Source of the DNA: Sarea resinae
Taxonomy: Eukaryota
Reading direction: 5' to 3'
Assembly (NCBI GenBank): GCA_026026165.1
Contig: JAPEUD010000120.1
Coordinates: 1 to 35,951 of the forward strand
DNA: 35,951 nt
In this document: positions 33,183-35,951 of the stretch, one piece after another
Layout of the letters: each line of letters starts with the position of its first letter
Numbering within the stretch: position 1 is the first letter of the stretch
Program-made: the position numbers and the translations under genes
The notes under the pieces: generated by a model
Seen by the model: only the letters and a program-made list of their open reading frames with translations
The model's database searches: none
What the model was told of the DNA's origin: nothing

Positions 33183-33824
33183 AACACAGATTCGACTAGA
33201 AAGTGCTCTGCAGATAAGTATAAACACTGCTTGAAGGATACACAGGAGGGTTGCTGGATCTGCGAGGCTGGTACAAAACCTAGCCTGTACGATCAGGACT
33301 CTAAAAGGTCAGCACGATATAAGGGAGACAAGAAGTAGGAATCGCAGAGACCCTGAAAGAATTCAGAAACAAAGACGCGAAGTTCAGAGATTACACGACG
33401 AAAAATTCTACTAGACTGGCCAGATCTTATTGTCAAAATAGTTGGGCGACAGCCATTTATCTAAGGAGGTCAGAGGCGATCCTTAACAGCTTACAGTTTA
33501 TTTAGCGATAAGGCGGTTTATCGCGCAGTATGCAGAGAGAACAGACAGAAGGAACAGCTTTATCGTGCGTTAAGGAGTGCGCTAAGGGATGTTCAAGGCG
33601 CTACTAGAGATGAGTGGATCGGCGAGAGTGAGACAAGGTCTGAACACAAGAAAGTTAAAAGCAGCAAACGAGACGAGTGCCCTTACAAGTCAACACGATT
33701 TATTCAAGCAATCATTTGAGAAACGGCAAACTCTGTTGCAGCTGCGATTGTTACTGCTATGCAAACGCGTTCTCCTCTGCACTTTTCAGGAGACAGTTCA
33801 CTAGAATTACTAACACTACCTACA

Positions 33825-35951
33825 ATGGCTGCTAGCACTGCATTCCTGCCTACTATGCGTTATCTCACTCCTATGCCGTCCCCTAGGACCTATGGCGTAC
33901 TATATTTCAACGGGGTGAACGCTACAGAGTTCCTTGAGAGATATAAAGGACTGTGCAAGGATTACTAGCTTGACTAAACTAAGATGTTTAAGCGGCTTCC
34001 ACGTTATTGTAAGAGTATTATGTCTCGCAGTATTAAGACTATGCTAGAGTATCTTGTAGACTAGGATGAGTTTAAGAAATCGCTGCTGAAAGACTACTCT
34101 GATTAGGACGTAGAGCAGCAAATCAACTCCTGAACTTACCTTAAAGCCCTTAAAGAGAAACCCTGTTCGAATGCAGAAGAGATCTGTTAATATTGTCGTT
34201 AGTTCTAGAGCATCTCTCAAACCCTATGCCAGAAAAACAAGCTAGATGCCTATACTCGCATGTTATAGTTCCTCTAAGGCCTTCCCTAAGAGATCTAAGT
34301 CAAAGTTATCACGCGAGGCTATATCGATCTAGACGATTACAACCCTACTAATGTCGACTTTAAGAAGATCTTTAACATCGCTATCAAGCAATGTCAATCT
34401 ATGCAGGCACTGCAGAAGCTAAATGAGACAGAGCTAACAAAGATAGTGAAGACCTTGATCAAGGGACAGCACCTAGCACTAAAGGCTGCTGTAGCAGAGC
34501 TACTCTAACCTCTAGTTGTGCAAGATCATGTAGAAGGAACAGCAAGCAAGAAGGTTGATAAGGTTATAGACGAATTAGCAGACAGGTTAGCTAGCTTAAT
34601 GATTCTGATCAAGGCAGTTACAGCAAGTGCTGCGAACACTGCTAAGCTCCTTGCTCAGATGCCATCTTCTGCCCTGAAAGTCGCAAGCGCACCAAACTAC
34701 TAGACTGGCCAGCAGAATAATAGAGCAGATCTGGCTCGCGATGCAAACCGTGCTCAATTGACTAGATGTTTCGGATGCGGTGACTAGCGCCATAGATTCG
34801 CCAATTGCCTGCTAATGCAGCAGCTCCTTGCAAGTAGGAAGATTTATTTCAACGAACGTTGTCGAATGTGTTAGGGTCCTAAAGGACAAGGCAGAGCAGA
34901 GTTGCATATTCCTCCTAGCGAATATCAAGCCCTGTTTGCCGACAGAGAATGGAAAAGGATGTATGACAAAAGGAAGGAGCAGCTAAGCCTTAGTTCAGGG
35001 GTTAACTCAGCGAGGGTTAGTTCTATTTGTGCAGCAGATCTTAAGCTAGATAACACAGACGTGGAAGCCGATGACTATGACCAATCGAATGTCTATTCAG
35101 CAAGACAACCTAAGAGGATCCTTAGGCGAGGATCTGACCCTGCTACACAGAAACCTGTACAAGACCCGGATGCTAGAGTCTACAAGAGGCGAATTCAAGA
35201 GGAAGAAAAGTTGCCTGCAGCTAAGAACATCCGCCCTAGGACGTACTAGAGCAGTCGTGTTCTTAAGAAGAGAGATGTAGTCTGTCACAAAGAACAGCCT
35301 CTGCAATGTCCTAGTCTAGCCAGCAGTTCTAAGAAGAGGGTAGAGTTCGCTAAGCTAGAACCAATAGATAAGGTAGAAGAAACACATCAACGAAAAACTC
35401 GTCGACGCTGATTGTCTGATTACCTTAGAGAAGACGCTAACCCTGCTTCTATTGTGGACATGATACTAGATCAGCAGCTTAACCACGTCACAGTCAAGGA
35501 TCTTCTTTCGAATGCGCCTGAAGTTCAGAAGCTTTTCTTTAAGAACCTTAGAGATAAGTCGTACTCTTTAGGCAGAAGATTAGAAGGCTATCTCGCAGCT
35601 AGACAGCATGATATAGATCGCCTAGTGATGGTTAGAAAGATAGAAAGCAACGATTATACCGATAAGGAAATACTAAATTCCACGTTATATGCCGCTAGGT
35701 GTATAATAGCAGAAGTAAGCATCGAAGGAAAAAGGAGAATAAGAGGATTGTTAGACAGTGGTGCTGAGATATGTCTGATGAGCCTATTAACAGCAAAGAA
35801 TCTCGGGCTAAGTTAGACTCCTTGACTAGCCACCACAATGATTAGCATTAAAGGGAAGCCAGCACTATTTATAGGATGCGCTAAAGATGTTAAAGTCGAT
35901 ATTAGAGGTATCACTAGCAGGGTACCTATTTTCATCACTACTTAACTAGAT
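33825..35951 (+). pseudogene. gag-protease polyprotein pseudogene
   Basis: One frame from ATG 33825. Contains PMPSP..YFNGVNATEFLERY, the zinc knuckle CFGCGD*RHRFANC (34767-34808) and the aspartic protease motif LLDSGAEIC (Asp codon at 35754). Numerous in-frame TAG/TAA stops. Confidence 0.88.

Larger units (their letters stand above)
32768..35951 (+). mobile_element. Ty3/Gypsy-like LTR retrotransposon, 5' part, RIP-inactivated
   Basis: LTR, then PBS, then a gag-protease frame broken by many TAG/TAA stops. Superfamily is inferred from the gag style, since RT and integrase lie outside the window. Confidence 0.88.

Overview
Filamentous ascomycete (Pezizomycotina) genomic DNA with GT-AG introns and signs of RIP (repeat-induced point mutation). 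Left third, 0.8-12.4 kb, is a mostly housekeeping block: a salicylate-hydroxylase-like FAD monooxygenase, the ribonucleotide reductase large subunit, a RIP-type AT-rich relic, an F-box protein with tandem CCHC repeats, and chorismate synthase head-to-head with lipoate-protein ligase. The middle, 12.4-26.5 kb, looks accessory: an orphan 730-aa ORF, an intronless amidohydrolase (decarboxylase-like) + carboxylesterase fusion, a stand-alone PD-(D/E)xK nuclease-fold gene divergent from a small kinase-fold gene (candidate split Spok-like toxin/antidote pair), a second F-box gene, a 70-aa Cys-rich protein, and a second kinase-fold gene with a 14-bp minisatellite upstream. The right end holds a non-reducing PKS (partial SAT-KS-AT-PT-ACP-ACP-TE). 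Its SAT domain is interrupted at 32768 by a RIP-inactivated Ty3/Gypsy-like LTR retrotransposon (5' LTR, tRNA primer-binding site, gag zinc knuckle, protease) that runs off the window. All calls come from manual motif reading; no database searches were run.
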